Assembly: GCF_006345805.1 (NCBI RefSeq)
Contig: NC_043020.1
Location: forward strand, 13,764,001 to 13,828,000
Length of the DNA: 64,000 nucleotides
From: Octopus sinensis
Lineage: Eukaryota
Direction: 5' to 3'
Below are positions 42,149 to 56,055 of the stretch, in pieces. The first letter of the stretch is position 1. Each line of letters begins with the position of its first letter. The translations under genes and the position numbers were made by a program. The notes under the pieces were generated by a model. It had not been told where the DNA came from and made no database searches. It saw only the letters and a list, made by a program, of their open reading frames with translations.

Positions 42149-42314
42149 TACTCCAAAAGATTTGTTGAAATTTTGTTTCTATAATCCTTTGTGAGTTTGT
42201 ATTGAGTCCTTCCCCATTGCCCGTGGTTCTGGTTTTCCAACAAGAACCATTCTTTTATCTGTTACTTGTTTCAGTCTTTGAACTGAGGCCATGCTGGGGC
42301 ACCACCTTCAAAGT

Positions 42315-42414
42315 NNNNNNNNNNNNNNNNNNNNNNNNNNNNNNNNNNNNNNNNNNNNNNNNNNNNNNNNNNNNNNNNNNNNNNNNNNNNNNNNNNNNNN
42401 NNNNNNNNNNNNNN
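42315..42414. other. Assembly gap (100 N)
   Basis: Run of n; true size unknown. Confidence 1.
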
Positions 42415-42483
<69 letters not shown>

Positions 42484-43189
42484 CTTATAATTGTTATTTT
42501 CATGCTAAACAACCTCCTATAAAGACGAGACATAAATATTTGTAGCATTTAATTTTTCTTTTTAAATACTTTATCAAATCAAATATTCTCTGTTGGCCTG
42601 CATGGAGCCTTCCCTTGACAATTGCGGTTGATGGTGTTCTGAGAATATGCAAAAATATATGGCACACACAGACACACACACGTGCGCACATATACTTTGT
42701 AGTGTGAAGGAGTAGTGTATTTATCTATTTATTTATCGATGAATAATAATTTACTTGAAACAGCTTCTTACGTCTCTAATTTTGGATTTGGTTTTCCAGT
42801 CCAATATTATTTGTCTTTGAAGTGAGAAACTTTCGGCTCCTCAGAGAACAGAACTAATTTATTCAGAAGGAAACAAAAACAACACTGCACCCACCCCACA
42901 CACACACACACATTCACATACACACACATTCACATACACACACACACACTTACACACACACATTCACATACACACACATTCACATACACACACACACACT
43001 TACACACACACATTCACATACACACACACACACACATATTTACACATGCACACACACACATTCACATACACACACACACATTCACATACACACACACACA
43101 CATACACACATTCACATACACATACACACACACATTCACATACACACACACACATACACACATTCACACACGTATGCACATACATACCA

Positions 43190-44100
43190 CCACCACTACC
43201 TCTTCCAACACCATCATGCTACCATCACCACCACCACTACGACCACCATCACTGCCACCACCACCATCACTGCCATCACCACCATCACTGTCACCACCAC
43301 TACCGCCAGCACTTCTAACACCACTACCACTGCCATCACTACTAACACTATCACCATCACTACCACCAACATCTCAACCATTACCACCACTACAACCACC
43401 ATCACTGCCCCCACCACTACCACCAGCACCTCTAACACTACTACCACTATCACCATCGCTACCACCACCATCTCAACCATTACCACCATCTCAACCATTA
43501 CCACCACTACAACCACCATCACTGCCCCCACCACTACCACCAGCATCTCTAACACTACTACTACTATCACCATCGCTACCACCACCATCTCAACCATTAC
43601 CACCATCTCAACCATTACCACCAACAACCACCATCACTGCCCCCACACTACCACCAGCACCTCTAACACTACTACCACTATCACCATCGCTACCACCACC
43701 ATCTCAACCATTACCACCATCTCAACCATTACCACCACTACAACCACCATCACTGCCCCCACCACTACCACCAGCACCTCTAACACTACTACCACTATCA
43801 CCATCGCTACCACCACCATCTCAACCATTACCACCATCTCAACCATTACCACCACTACAACCACCATCACTGCCCCCACCACTACCACCAGCACCTCTAA
43901 CACTACTACCACTATCACCATCGCTACCACCACCATCTCAACCATTACCACCATCTCAACCATTACCACCATCTCAACCATTACCACCACTACAACCACC
44001 ATCACTGCCCCCACCACTACCACCAGCACCTCTAACACTACTACCACTATCACCATCGCTACCACCACCATCTCAACCATTACCACCACCACTACCACCA
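43190..44100. repeat. CAC/CAT-rich minisatellite, about 117-bp unit
   Basis: atcactgcccc recurs at about 43401, 43518, 43634, 43749, 43867 and 44001. Confidence 0.9.
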
Positions 44101-44974
44101 TCATCCCATGACAAATATCTTTTGGTATTTTGGGGGTTTATTTTAATTTGTTTTATTTTACACTTATTTTTGCCTCCCTTCTTTCTGTTCTGTTCCCATT
44201 TCTGTAAGATTGGAAGCAAAACCAAAAAAAAAAAGGGTGGGGTGGAGAAAAAAAGGACCAAACAAAAGTGTTTCCTTACTTTTACTTTTACTTCCACCTT
44301 GCCTCCCTCTGCGGAAAGATCTTCTTCACCAAAATAGAAGCATTATTTCTGGACAATAATAATAACAACAATAACAATAATAACCTATCATCGTTAATTA
44401 CTCCCATTCACCCCCACCTACTTCACCACCACCACCAACAACAACCCCCAAATGTTTTCTTTCTCTGATATCCTTTGTCTTTGTTACTTAAAGAGAATGG
44501 AGCGTGTGTGTGTGTGTGTGTGCGGAGGGAGGGGGTGGGGCGGAGCAGTATCCTTTATCTCTGATATTAACGATATTATCCGAAATTGTTTGGCGCCACA
44601 AGACAAGGAAAACAATGATTATTTCTTTAAAATTTATTGTGTATCGGCGGCGGCGGCGTAAGATTTAGCGGATCAGCTTCTTGTGTTCCTAACTCCTGCT
44701 TCACCGAGATAGACGTAGACAACAGTTATGCCTGACTGTAAAACATGACATAATTATCACAAAATGAACCAATTTTACCAGTTTCCTGAAACTTGCGGAC
44801 CCTCCAGCGTTATTAAATTGTCTCATAATAAGTAAATGTCCAGTTTTATAGCGCTACCACCATTACCAGTACACCCACTACCATCTCTCGTTTCTCCATT
44901 AGTCTGTTATAAACCTACATCTTATAGTTTTATTATAGTTTCTCTCAAAAACATTAGTCATTATATTTAATATA

Positions 44975-45665
44975 GGTGTAGGAGTGGCTGTGTGGTAAGT
45001 AGCTTGCTCACGAGCCACATGGTTCCGGGTTCAGTCCCACTGCATGGCACCTTGGGTGAGTGTCTTCTACTATAGCCTCGGGCCGACCAAAGCCTTGTGA
45101 GTGGATTTGGTAGATGGAAACTGAAAGAAGCCTGTCATATATATATATATATATATATATATTTGTATATATGGCGTGGCTGTGTGGTAAGTAGCTTGCT
45201 CCCGAACCACATGGTTCCGGGTTCAGTCCCACTGCATAGCACCTTGGGTGAGTGTCTTCTACTATAGCCTCGGGCCGACCAAAGCCTTGTGAGTGGATTT
45301 AGTAGACGGAAACTGAAAGAAGCCCGTCGTATATATATATATAGGCGCAGTAGTGGCTGTGTGGTAAGTAGCTTGCTTACCAACCACATGGTTCCGGGTT
45401 CAGTCCCACTGCATGGCACCTTGGGTGAGTGTCTTCTACTATAGCCTCAGGCCGACCAAAGCCTTGTGAGTGGATTTAGTAGACGGAAACTGAAAGAAGC
45501 CTGTCGTATATATATAGGCGCAGTAGTGGCTGTGTGGTAAGTAGCTTGCTTACCAACCACATGGTTCTGGGTTCAATCCCACTGCGTGGCACCTTGGGCA
45601 AGTGTCTCCTACTATAACCTCAAGCCGACCAAAGCCTTGTGAGTGGATTTGGTAGACGGAAACTG

Positions 45666-45699
<34 letters not shown>

Positions 45700-45886
45700 G
45701 TTTGTGTGTCTGTTTGTCCAACCGATGGTGGTGTGTTTACGTACCCGTAACTTAGCGGTTCAGCAAAGGAGACCGATAGAATAAGTACTAGGCATCCAAA
45801 AGATTAAGTCCTGGGATCGATTTGCTCGACTAAAGGCGGTGCTCCAGCATGGCCACAGTCAAATGACTGAAACAAGTAAAAGAGTA
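44975..45886 (+). mobile_element. SINE family A with four tandem head modules
   Basis: gtggctgtgtggtaagtagcttgc recurs at about 44984, 45176, 45354 and 45526. Each copy ends in (TA)n, followed by a single 3' body. Confidence 0.85.
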
Positions 45887-46209
45887 TTAGTGTGTGTGTA
45901 TGCTGTTCATCTTTTATCATCATCAGGCGACTTATCCCTGGATATCTACCTTGTACCTATCCAGATTAGAGCTCAAAACATTTATCTCTAAACTGAAGAT
46001 TTAGAAGTGGGTGTCTATACAACCTGGGTCTGTGACGTGTGGGTGTATGCAGTAATGCCTCAATGAAAATCCGCAAAGTAGAAACAGTTCTGTATATTTC
46101 TTTTAATTATTTTTGTAATTTGTATATATTTATTTTCTTATAAATGCAAAAACAACACCACGGACGAATTGACATAATAAACATGGCAAGGGATTACTAT
46201 ATATATATA

Positions 46210-46655
46210 TGGTTGGCATCCTTTCTGTCTCGGCAGACAATGGAGTTGCGCACAAAGTAGTCTAGTCCGGCTTTTATATTTCATGTCCTGATACATTTCC
46301 TGCTGTGGCTGTGTAGTCCTATCCTGGACAAACACTCCCTCTGGCAGGTACCGCAAATGTAGCGAAGACTGTTCCTGGCTGGTTGTAGTGCCATAGTCTC
46401 TTGTTGACGTCTCTTCCTTTCTTTCCATTTCTCCTCTCTCTGTCACTCCTTTGTATTCCCTCTTTTATGGTACGTCGCCATTCTCCACGGTTGCCGGCAA
46501 CTGCCTCCCAACCGCTAATATTGATGTTGCAGGCCTTCATGTCCCTTTTGCAAACATCCTTGTAACGTAAGATCGGTCTACCCACAGACCTAGTACCCCT
46601 AGCAAGCTCTCCGTAGAGTATGTCCTTGGGGATTCTGCCATCTTTCATACCATCA
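46210..46655 (-). mobile_element. RTE-clade LINE 3' fragment
   Basis: MKDGRIPKDILYGELARGTRSVGRPILRYKDVCKRDMK...WEAVAGNRGEWR; flanked by (TA)n. Confidence 0.8.
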
Positions 46656-47207
46656 TATATATATATATATAATATTATATATATATATATATATAATAAT
46701 ACATATATATATATATATAGAGAGAGGAGAGAGGTTATGAGAGGTAATGGTATCATTGAGACCCAAAGGTGTCAGGTAATGCTGAATAAGTGCTATAGAT
46801 GGACCATAGTTAAGTTCTTGGCTTGGTGATTATGCGAATTAGGGGTTCAACATTGGTCATTGGTCACTTTAAATAAAACCTTTGATTCGATAACACTGTG
46901 TATAAACTCTATACTTGGAATGACCAATTTTAAATACTATTGGATTTTACTCATAAGGTATTGGAATCTTATATGTATACCATTCTGCCTGAAAAAAAAA
47001 TGGATCTACAAATACAATATCCCTACATATCTCATCTATTTTCCTCTACCTCACTCTATTTTGTATCTTATCTGAATTAACTGTTACTTAACCATCCTCT
47101 CACACCGTCTCTGATGATGGGATATCATAAATATCCTGGAAACAGCATATTCTAAAATCTACACAGCCTTGATTTTTTATCTCATTACGAAAAAATTTAT
47201 ATATATA

Positions 47208-47600
47208 CTAGCAGTATCGCCCGGCGTTGCTCGGGTTTGTAAGGGAAATAACTATATAACCATTTTTAGAGAGTTATAGCCAAAAAATAGCAAAAAAATG
47301 CACTAAAAATTGAAAAAAAATTATGGTAAATTTTTTTTAGTATCGTTGACTCATCGTAGACATTTTTAGAGAGTTACTTCCCTTAGCGAAAAAATGCATC
47401 AAAATGGAAAAAAATGATGGTAAATTATTTTTAAAATCGTAGACTCATCGTAGACGCACGCTAATACCCAGAAGGGCTCGATATGAGAATCACGACTATA
47501 AGATACCTGGTTTTGGTTAAACTGCACCGCAAAATGTGGGAGTAGTTAGGAATCTAAATCGTAGGAGACAGACACACAACTTGACTTTTATATATAAAGA
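47208..47600 (-). mobile_element. Non-autonomous Helitron
   Basis: On the minus strand it starts TCTTTATATATAAAAG and ends with the hairpin CCCGAGCAACGCCGGG followed by CTAG. Inserted between A and T with no TSD. Confidence 0.8.
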
Positions 47601-48447
47601 TATAACTGGAGAATCTTTGAAGCATATATATAAAATTGGTATCTGATAACACCTAAGCCTATGGAGTGTGTTGTGAAGGTGCTTAGCTTAGTAGTATGTG
47701 TCTTTGACTCATGGTCATATGGTTATGTCTTCAATTCTTGGTGGTGCATTATGTCCTTGAGCAAGACATTTTATGTCATATTCGTCCAGTCCATCCATCA
47801 TCATCATCGTTTAACATCCACTTTCCATGCTAGCATGGGTTAGACGGTTCGACTGGGGTCTGGGAAGCCAGGAGGCTGCACCAGGCCCAGTCTGGTCTGG
47901 CAATGTTTCTACAGCTGGATGCCCTTCCTAACGCCAACCACTCCGTGGGTGTAGTGGGTGCTTTTTACTTGCCAGGCGAGGCTGACAACGGCTACGATCA
48001 GATGGTGCCACCAGCACGGAGGCCATTCTGGGTGGCGCTGGCAACGGCCACATTCGGATGGTTCTTTTACATGCCACCTGCACTGGTATCACAACTACAA
48101 TTTCCATTGATTTTTGAGCGATTTTGATTTCGATCAAAATTCAAGTGGGCTATTCTGTTAAGTCAGTTGTCACATACAGTGTGTCATGCTGAATCTCCCA
48201 GAGAACTACATTAAAGTTGCACATATTTGTGGAGTGATCAACCACTTGCTCGTTAACCTTTAGCACACTTTCGGTGCATCATGTCACTGTATGAGTTTTC
48301 TCCCCTGTAGTAACAGGGCAGTGGCAGGGGAAACAATTCTAGAAAAAATGCAGTGTGCTAAAGATTAATTTCACAAATAAGCTATTCTGTTGATTGGTTC
48401 AACTGGGACACTTGTCGTCGTAACCAATGGAATTTCCAGCTTGTGGA

Positions 48448-48484
<37 letters not shown>

Positions 48485-50510
48485 TGGGATTTGGGAAGTG
48501 CATATATACAACTAAGATTTGCAGATTTGCTCACTGTTCTTCCTCCAACAATTCTCCAAACTGCAAATGAGACCCTCAATGAAGTATCACTCCTCACAAA
48601 TGAGATACTGCTGCTACTACTACTGCTGCACTACACATGCAGTGTCCTAGACAGCATCTAAGAAAAGATCACTTGACTAATTACTATGAAACTATTTACA
48701 AACATGTTCCAGTCTCTATGGTCCACTGACATATTTGTGTCCTCCTTCTACCTTCTTCATCTCTACTACAATGGTCACTGCTCTTCCCCTCCACTCTCAC
48801 ACTTATGACTCTTCTCTCTCTCTCTTTTCCCTCATTTTATGTTAACCCCTTCTCCTTGCCTCTCTACCTCCTGCTCTGATCCCGCAACTAGGTCCTTCTT
48901 CTCCAGAATGTCACTCACCTGGAATCCCCCCCCTCCTCATGTCTTTCCTGAGTTCTTGTTGATAGCGTCAGCTTCAGAGTTGGTGGAGTGTGAAACAGCT
49001 ATGGGTGCTGTCGCTTCCACCAGACATAATTGATAAATCACACATATTACACAGATACACTCATGCACGCACGCACGCACACACACACATGCACACACAC
49101 ACACACACCTATTTCTTTATTACCCACAAGGGGCTAAACACAGAGGGGACAAACAAGGATAGGTGTAGGTATTAAGTCGATTACATCGACCTCAGTGCAT
49201 AACTGGTACTTAATTTATCGACCCCGAAAGGATGAAAGGCAAAGTCGACCTCAGCGGAATTTGAACTCACCACGTAATGGCAGATGAAATACCGCTAAGC
49301 ATTGCTAACGGCATGCTAACATTTCTGCCAGCTCACCGCCTTAAACACACATACCTATCATGGACAGCACCTCACACTAAGCCATTGAGAGAGACCCTCT
49401 ATATGGTCATTTAGCCTCCTAGAAAGGGCAACTGAGTTGTCTTTCAAACCCCTCTACTGTCTTAAAAAAAGGAAGGTGGCTTACCACCACCGCCATTGTC
49501 CTCTGTCAGAAAAGGTATCTATGGGAGAAGGGTCCTGATGACAACAGGAGGGGTGGGGGCGAGTCAAGAGCTGTCCACAAAGAAAACATACGAGTGGCTG
49601 TGGTAAGTAGCTTACTTAAGAACTACATAGTTCCGGGTTCAGTCCCACTGCATGGCACCATGGACAAGTGTCTTTTACTATAAGCCTTGTGGGTGGATTT
49701 GGTAGACAGGAACTGAAAGAAGCCCATCGTATATATATATATATATGTATGTGTGTGTATATATTCGTGCGTTTGTGTTTGTCCCCTCAACATCGCTTGA
49801 CAACCAATGCTGATGTGTTTACGTCCCTGTAACTAGCGGTTCAGCAAAAGAGACCGATAGAATAAGTACTAGGCTTACAATGAATAAGTCCCGGGGTCAA
49901 TGTGCTCGACTAAAGGCAGTGCTCCAGCATGGCCACAGTCAAATGACTGAAACAAGTGAAAGAGTAATAAGAATAAATATGGAGGTGTGTGTGTGTGAGT
50001 TTTTGATGACATTACTCTGTATATGCCTCAGTATGTATGTTGTTCCTTCTCGAGCCATGTCTGGCTCATAAGGGCCAGTTTCTTGGCGTATAGGTTCCCC
50101 ACCTGGACAGGACGCCGGTCCATCGCAGGTGAGCTGCAAGATGCAGGAGGAAAGAGTGAGAGAAAGTTGTGGCGAAAGAGTCAGCAGAAGTTTCGCCATT
50201 ACCTTCTGCAGGAGCCGCGTGGAGCTTAGGTGTTTCACTCATAAACACACACATCGTCCGGTCTGAGATTCGAACCTGCGATCCTTCGACCGCGAGTCCG
50301 CTGCTCTAACCACTAGGCCATGTGCCTCCACCTCAGTATGTATGTAACACTACTGTCTCTGTGTTGTAACTCTACTGATGTATGTGTTTGTAATACTGTG
50401 TATATGTGCAGTATCGATACCATATGAGGAGTGTAGTGAGTAACACAACGTATGTGCCTGTGATGTGTTGTTAGATCTGTATGTGTGTATGTGTCTATAG
50501 TCAGGTGTAG

Positions 50511-50892
50511 TGGAGGCGCAATGGCCCAGTGGTTAGGGCAGCGGACTCGTGGTCATAGGATCGCGGTTTCGATTCCCAGACCGGGCGTTGTGAGTGTTTA
50601 TTGAGCGAAAACACCTAAAGCTCCACGAGGCTACGGCAGGGGATGGTGGTGATCCCTGCTGTACTCTTTCACCACAACTTTCTCACACTCTTACTTCCTG
50701 TTTCTGTTGTACCTGTATTTCAAAGGGCCGGCCTTGTCACTCTCTGTGTCACGCTGAATATCCCCGAGAATTACGTTAAGGGTACGCGTGTCTGTGGAGT
50801 GCTCAGCCACTTACACGTTAATTTCACGAGCAGGCTGTTCCGTTGATCGGTTCAACCGGAACCCTCGTCGTCGTAACCGACGGAGTGCTTCC
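50511..50892 (+). mobile_element. tRNA-derived SINE family C (also 39530-39905 -, 62819-63196 +; variants 6336-6640, 15850-16148, 50040-50330)
   Basis: ggaggcgcaatggcccagtggttagggcagcggactcg...ggtttcgattccc: tRNA-like A and B boxes. Flanked by the direct repeat tagtcaggtgta. Confidence 0.85.
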
Positions 50893-51774
50893 GTAGTCAG
50901 GTGTATATATCTACTGTCAGTCGATGTTTTGTTAGGTGTTACTGTTTGATACGATATTGGTGGCTCCTCGTCGTGTATGGAGTAACGTTGTTCCAGTATA
51001 TATGAAGAACAATTGAGATGTCAACCTCATCCAGCCGTCAGTAAAGTCACTCTCACTCAGAACCTTGTTCCACAAAAGCATTTATTAAATCTTAAATTCT
51101 GCCTCCTTGCTCTGTGTTAAACAGGGGAGGTAACTCAAATATTACACTAAGTTGTTTCCCTTGCCAACCCACTATATTTCCTAATTTATATATTTTGCTA
51201 TCAGAGATGAATTTTCTGTAATATCGCCATCGTCGCCACCATTATTACTCCGTGTCCCTGAGTTGTGTGCAATCCACCCACACCCATTTTTTTTTAAAGA
51301 CTTATTCATTGTTCACTGTTCATGCAGTTTTGGTTACTTTTTTTCTGATGAGTTGCAGTGCATCTGGGCACTGCATAAATAAGGTCGTTATTATTTTTAA
51401 AAAGAAATGGTGGATGTAATTTATATACATACCAAAGCCTTGTGAGTGGATTTGGTAGACGGAAACTGAAAGAAGCCCGTCGTATATATGTATATATATA
51501 TATATATATGTGTGTGTGTATGTTTGTGTGTCCGTGTTTGTCTCCCTAGCATTGCTTGATAACCGATGCTGGTGTGTTTACGTCCCCGTCACTTAGCGGT
51601 TCGGCAAAGAGACTGATAGAATAAGTACTGGGCTTACAAAGAATAAGTCCCGGGGTCGATTTGCTCGACTAAAGGCGGTGCTCCAGCATGGCCGCAGTCA
51701 AATGACTGAAACAAGTAAAAGAGTAAAGAGTATATATATGTGTGTGTATGTGTATATATGTATATATATATATA

Positions 51775-52650
51775 TCATCATCATCATCATTTAGCGCCCG
51801 CTTTCCATGCTAGCATGGGTTGGACGGTTCAACTGGGGTCTGTGAAGCCTGAAGGCTGCATCAGGCCCAGTCTGATCTGGCAATGTTTCTACGGCTGGAT
51901 GCCCTTCCTAACGCCAACCACTCTGTGAGTGTAGTGGGTGCTTTTTACGTGCCACCCGCACAGGTGAAAGACGGAGCTGGCAAATGGCCATGGACGGATG
52001 GTGCTTTTTACGTGCCACCGGCACGGGGGCCAGGCGAGGCTGGCAATGGCCACGAACGAATGGTGCTTTTTACGTGCCACCGGCACGGAAGCCAGTCGGG
52101 GCAGCGCTGGCAACGGCCATGATCGGATGGTTCGCTTACTCGTCACCGGCACTGGTATCACAGCTGCAATTTCCATTGATGTTGATCGACTTCGATTTTG
52201 GTTCTGCTTTCTGATATCTGATTTGATTTGGTTTGATTTTGATTTTGATTTTCACTTGCCTCAACGGGTCTTCTCAAGTGGAGTTTTTTGTGTCCCAAGA
52301 AGGAAAGGTATGTATAAGTTGACTGGCTACATACCAGGTAGAGGCCACAGGTTATGGTCTCACTAGTCTTGCCGGATCTTCTCACGCACAGCATACTTCC
52401 ATAAGTCTCGGTCTCTAGTCATTTCCTTAGTGAGACCTAAAGTTCGAAGGTCGTGCTTCACCACCTCGTCCCAGGTTTTCCTGGGTCCACCTTTTCCACA
52501 GGTTCCCTCAACTGCTAGGGTGTGGCACTTTTGCACACAACTATCTTCAGCCATTCTCGTCACATGACCATACCAGTGCAAACGTCTCTCTTGCACACCA
52601 CAACTGATGCTTCTTAGGTCCAACTTTTCTCTCAAGGTACTTACACTCTT
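51775..52650 (-). mobile_element. RTE-clade LINE 3' end (ORF end, 3' UTR, (GAT)n tail)
   Basis: LREKLDLRSI...ERRLHWYGHVTRM...VEGTCGKGGPRKTWDEVVKHDL, followed by a 3' UTR seen many times in this window that ends ...ggaaagcgggcgctaaatgatgatg. Confidence 0.85.
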
Positions 52651-54018
52651 TTGATATATATATATATATATCATCATCATCATCATTTAGCGTCCGCTTT
52701 CCATGCTAGCATGGGTTGGACGGTTCAACTGGGGTCTGTGAAGCCAGAAGGCTGCATCAGGCCCAGTCTGATCTGGCAGTGTTTCTACGGCTGGATGCCC
52801 TTCCTAACGCCAGCCACTCCGTGAGTGTAGTGGGTGCTTTTTACGTGCCACCCGTACAGACGGAGCTGGCAAACGGCCACGGACAGATGGTGCTTTTTAC
52901 GTGCCACCGGCACTTGAGCAAGACACTTTATTTTACGTTGCTCCAGTTCACTCAGCTGTAGAAATGAGTTGCGATGTCACAGGTGCCAAGCTGTATCAGC
53001 CGTTGCCTTTCCCTTGGATAACATCAGTGGCATGGAGAGGGGAGGCTGGTATGCATGGGCGACTGCTGGTCTTCTATAAACAATCTTGCCCGGACTTGTA
53101 CCTGGGAGGGTAACTTTCTAGGTGCAATCCCACGGTCAGCCATGACCAAAGGGGGTCTCAGAATATCACTGGATATATACATAGCATCAGGAAAGACTAA
53201 AACCAGAAACCTTTCAATTTCATACTAATGTTAGAGGTAAAAGTTTCCTCCTTCAAATTCAATTTGACAGTCCATCCATGCACATCAATGACTACGATAT
53301 TTGTTGACGGAGATCTACAGACATAAATCAAAATGTGACACAGATGTAAATTTATGTTGATCAGGACAAGTGAGCCCAGCCCACTTATGCATGCCTTTCC
53401 TCCCTTGGACACAAAGACCTGTTGAGGCAAGCGAAGTCAATATTGAACCTCATCCGACGACAGGCACCCATGCCAACCCCCTTGCTTGCGAAGACATGTT
53501 GGGGCAAGTGAAATCAAAATCGAAATTGAACCAATCCTATGACTGGCACCCGGCAGATGCCAGGACCCCTGGACTGGTGGTACGTAAAAAGCACTATCCG
53601 AATCGTGGCCGATGCCAGCGCCGCCTCAACTGGCTTCCGTGCCGGTGGCACATAAATTGCACCAATCCGACCGTGGCCGTTGCCAGCCTCGCCTGGCACC
53701 TGTGCAGGTGGCACGTAAAAAGCACCCACTACACTCACGGAGATAAGACTGGAGCCTGGTGCAGCCTTCTGGCTTCCCAGATCCCCGGTCGAACCGTCCA
53801 ACCCATGCTAGCATGGAGAACGGACGTTAAACGATGATGATGATGATCTTAAAAAGTTGAGGTGAAAAGTCCCATAGAATATAATCTTCTAAGAAAACAA
53901 CTCGTCTCAGACATTTAATTATTGGTGACATTTAATTGGCAGTGCCATTATATATTCTGAGTTTTTCAACAGATAGTAGAAGAAACCAATCCTAAAAGTG
54001 TTTGTCTTTTATTTTCAG

Positions 54019-54183
54019 GGTGGCAAAGAGCATGGCGTACCAATTCTGATATCTGAGATACATCCTGGGCAACCTGCTGAGCGATGCGAAGGTTTGTACG
54101 TTGGTGACGCCATCTTGTCTGTAAATGGAGATGATTTAAGAAATGTGAAGCATTCCGATGCCGTTCAGATTTTGTCTCAACAG
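54019..54183 (+). CDS. GOPC: GOPC coding exon, PDZ domain core
   Basis: Acceptor ttttattttcag, donor CAG|gtaaga. Translates [55 protein letters not shown], typical of the GOPC PDZ. 165 nt, phase 0-0. Confidence 0.96.
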
Positions 54184-54407
54184 GTAAGAACCATAGAAAT
54201 TGTGCAAAGTTCTTTCAACCCTATAATCAAATATATACACAATCTAAAACTATTTCAATAGAACAACTAACTATATATTTATATCAGTGTGTGTGTATGT
54301 CTGTTTCTCTCTTTTTCAGTATGTATATATATATATATGTGTGTACATATATGTATGTATATATATGTGTGTGTACATATATGTATGTATGTATATATAT
54401 GTATATC

Positions 54408-54439
<32 letters not shown>

Positions 54440-54442
<3 letters not shown>

Positions 54443-54660
54443 CCGCTCAGTCGAAGTCGACTCTCGGTCACTCGTTGGATCAGTGTCCTCCAGTCAGTTC
54501 TATCCTGGGCCACTTCTTTCAGATTGGCTATGTCCATTCCAGTATCACTCTTGATGGTGTCAAGCCAGCGGGTTCTTGGTCGGCCTCTTCCTCTCTTGCC
54601 ACTGACCATTCCGAACATGATGTCCTTCTCCGGGGATTTTCTCCGCATAATATGACCGAA
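54440..54660 (-). mobile_element. RTE/BovB-like LINE 3' fragment
   Basis: YFGHIMRRKSPEKDIMFGMVSGKRGRGRPRTRWLDTIK...AQDRTDWR. Confidence 0.85.
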
Positions 54661-55358
54661 ATATATATATATACATGTGTGTGTGTGTGTATTGTATCTT
54701 TTACTTGTTTCAGTCATTGGACTGTGACCATGAAGAGTTTTTTAATTGGAAAAAATCCACACCAGTACTTGTGTTCTCTTGAAGCCTGGTACTTATTTTA
54801 TTGGTTTCCTAATGAGCTGCTGTGTTATGGGTACATAAACAAACAAACACCGGTTATCAATCAGTGGGCAGTGATGACAAAGGCACATACACACACTCAC
54901 ACACACATACACACATTTATATATACATACTAGACTACCCTTGACCCATTGGTTCACCAGTAGTTCAAGGTACCCAAAAAAACCATGTATTTCAGGAACC
55001 TGTGGCCCAATTTATCTGAAATTGGTTTTATTTCATTTGTATTCACATTTCAAGGGTACCATACTTTCAGAGTATTTTCCCATTATATATCAGTTTGGCT
55101 ATTTATAAAGGCGTTCACAATAAAGGGCAATAACTCCAGGTATCACTACTTAAATTTGTGGAAACAAACCCCAAAAAAACATGTATCTCAGAAATCCGTT
55201 GTCCAATTTACACGGAACTTGTTTTATTCTGTTTGTCTTCACATTTCAGCAGTACCTTGCTTTGAGAGTATTCTCCCATTTTGCACCAGTTTGGATCTAT
55301 TAAATTACAGACAAGTACGCACACAAGCAAGCAATCACAGAGTTTTAGTTTTTATATA

Positions 55359-55402
<44 letters not shown>

Positions 55403-56055
55403 CATCATCATCGTCATTTAGCATCCATTGTCCCTGCTGTCATGGGTTGGATGGTTTGACCAGGGCTAGCAAGCTGGAAGGCTGCACCAGACCCCAGTCT
55501 GATTTGGCATGGATTCTATGGCTGGATGCCCTTCCTAACGCTAACCGCTCCAAAAATGTAATGGATGCTTTTATGGGCCACCAGCATGGGTGCCATTTGT
55601 GTGACACCAGTATCTGCCATGATTGATTTTAATTGGCTTGATGGCACTTCTTCTCAAGCACAACATAATGCCAAATGTCTCAGTCATTGCCTCCATGAGG
55701 CCCAACACTCAAAAGGTACTTTTTACGTGCCACCAGAACAGGTGCCAGTTATGTGGCACCAGCATCAGCCACGACTACAATTTCACTTGGTTTGAGAGTC
55801 TTCTCAAGCACAGAATATTGCCAAAGGTCTTGGTCTCTAGTCATTTTCTCTGTGAATCTCAAAGTTCCAGGATCACCACCTTGTCCCATTTCTTCCTGGT
55901 TCTACCTCCACCATAGATGAGCATAGGCTCGAAACATAAAAGACTTTTTTCTATTCCTGAGCGTTATACTAATACATCTGTTTGTTTTGTACACCACCTG
56001 TCTTCGTCTTTTGCTTTTTTCGTAAACTCTCCCTATATAATATATATATATATAT

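Noticed and set aside
43174-44337. 387-aa Pro/Leu/Ser-rich ORF resembling an extensin or formin FH1 region
   Set aside because: It is the translation of a 117-bp CAC-rich minisatellite, open in several frames and on both strands, with no splice or homology support.
50511-50585. tRNA-like sequence
   Set aside because: No proper acceptor stem, and it continues into a dispersed repeat body; it is a SINE head, not a tRNA gene.
54985-55626. 213-aa ORF
   Set aside because: Runs through AT-rich intron, (TA)n and an RTE tail; no domain recognised.
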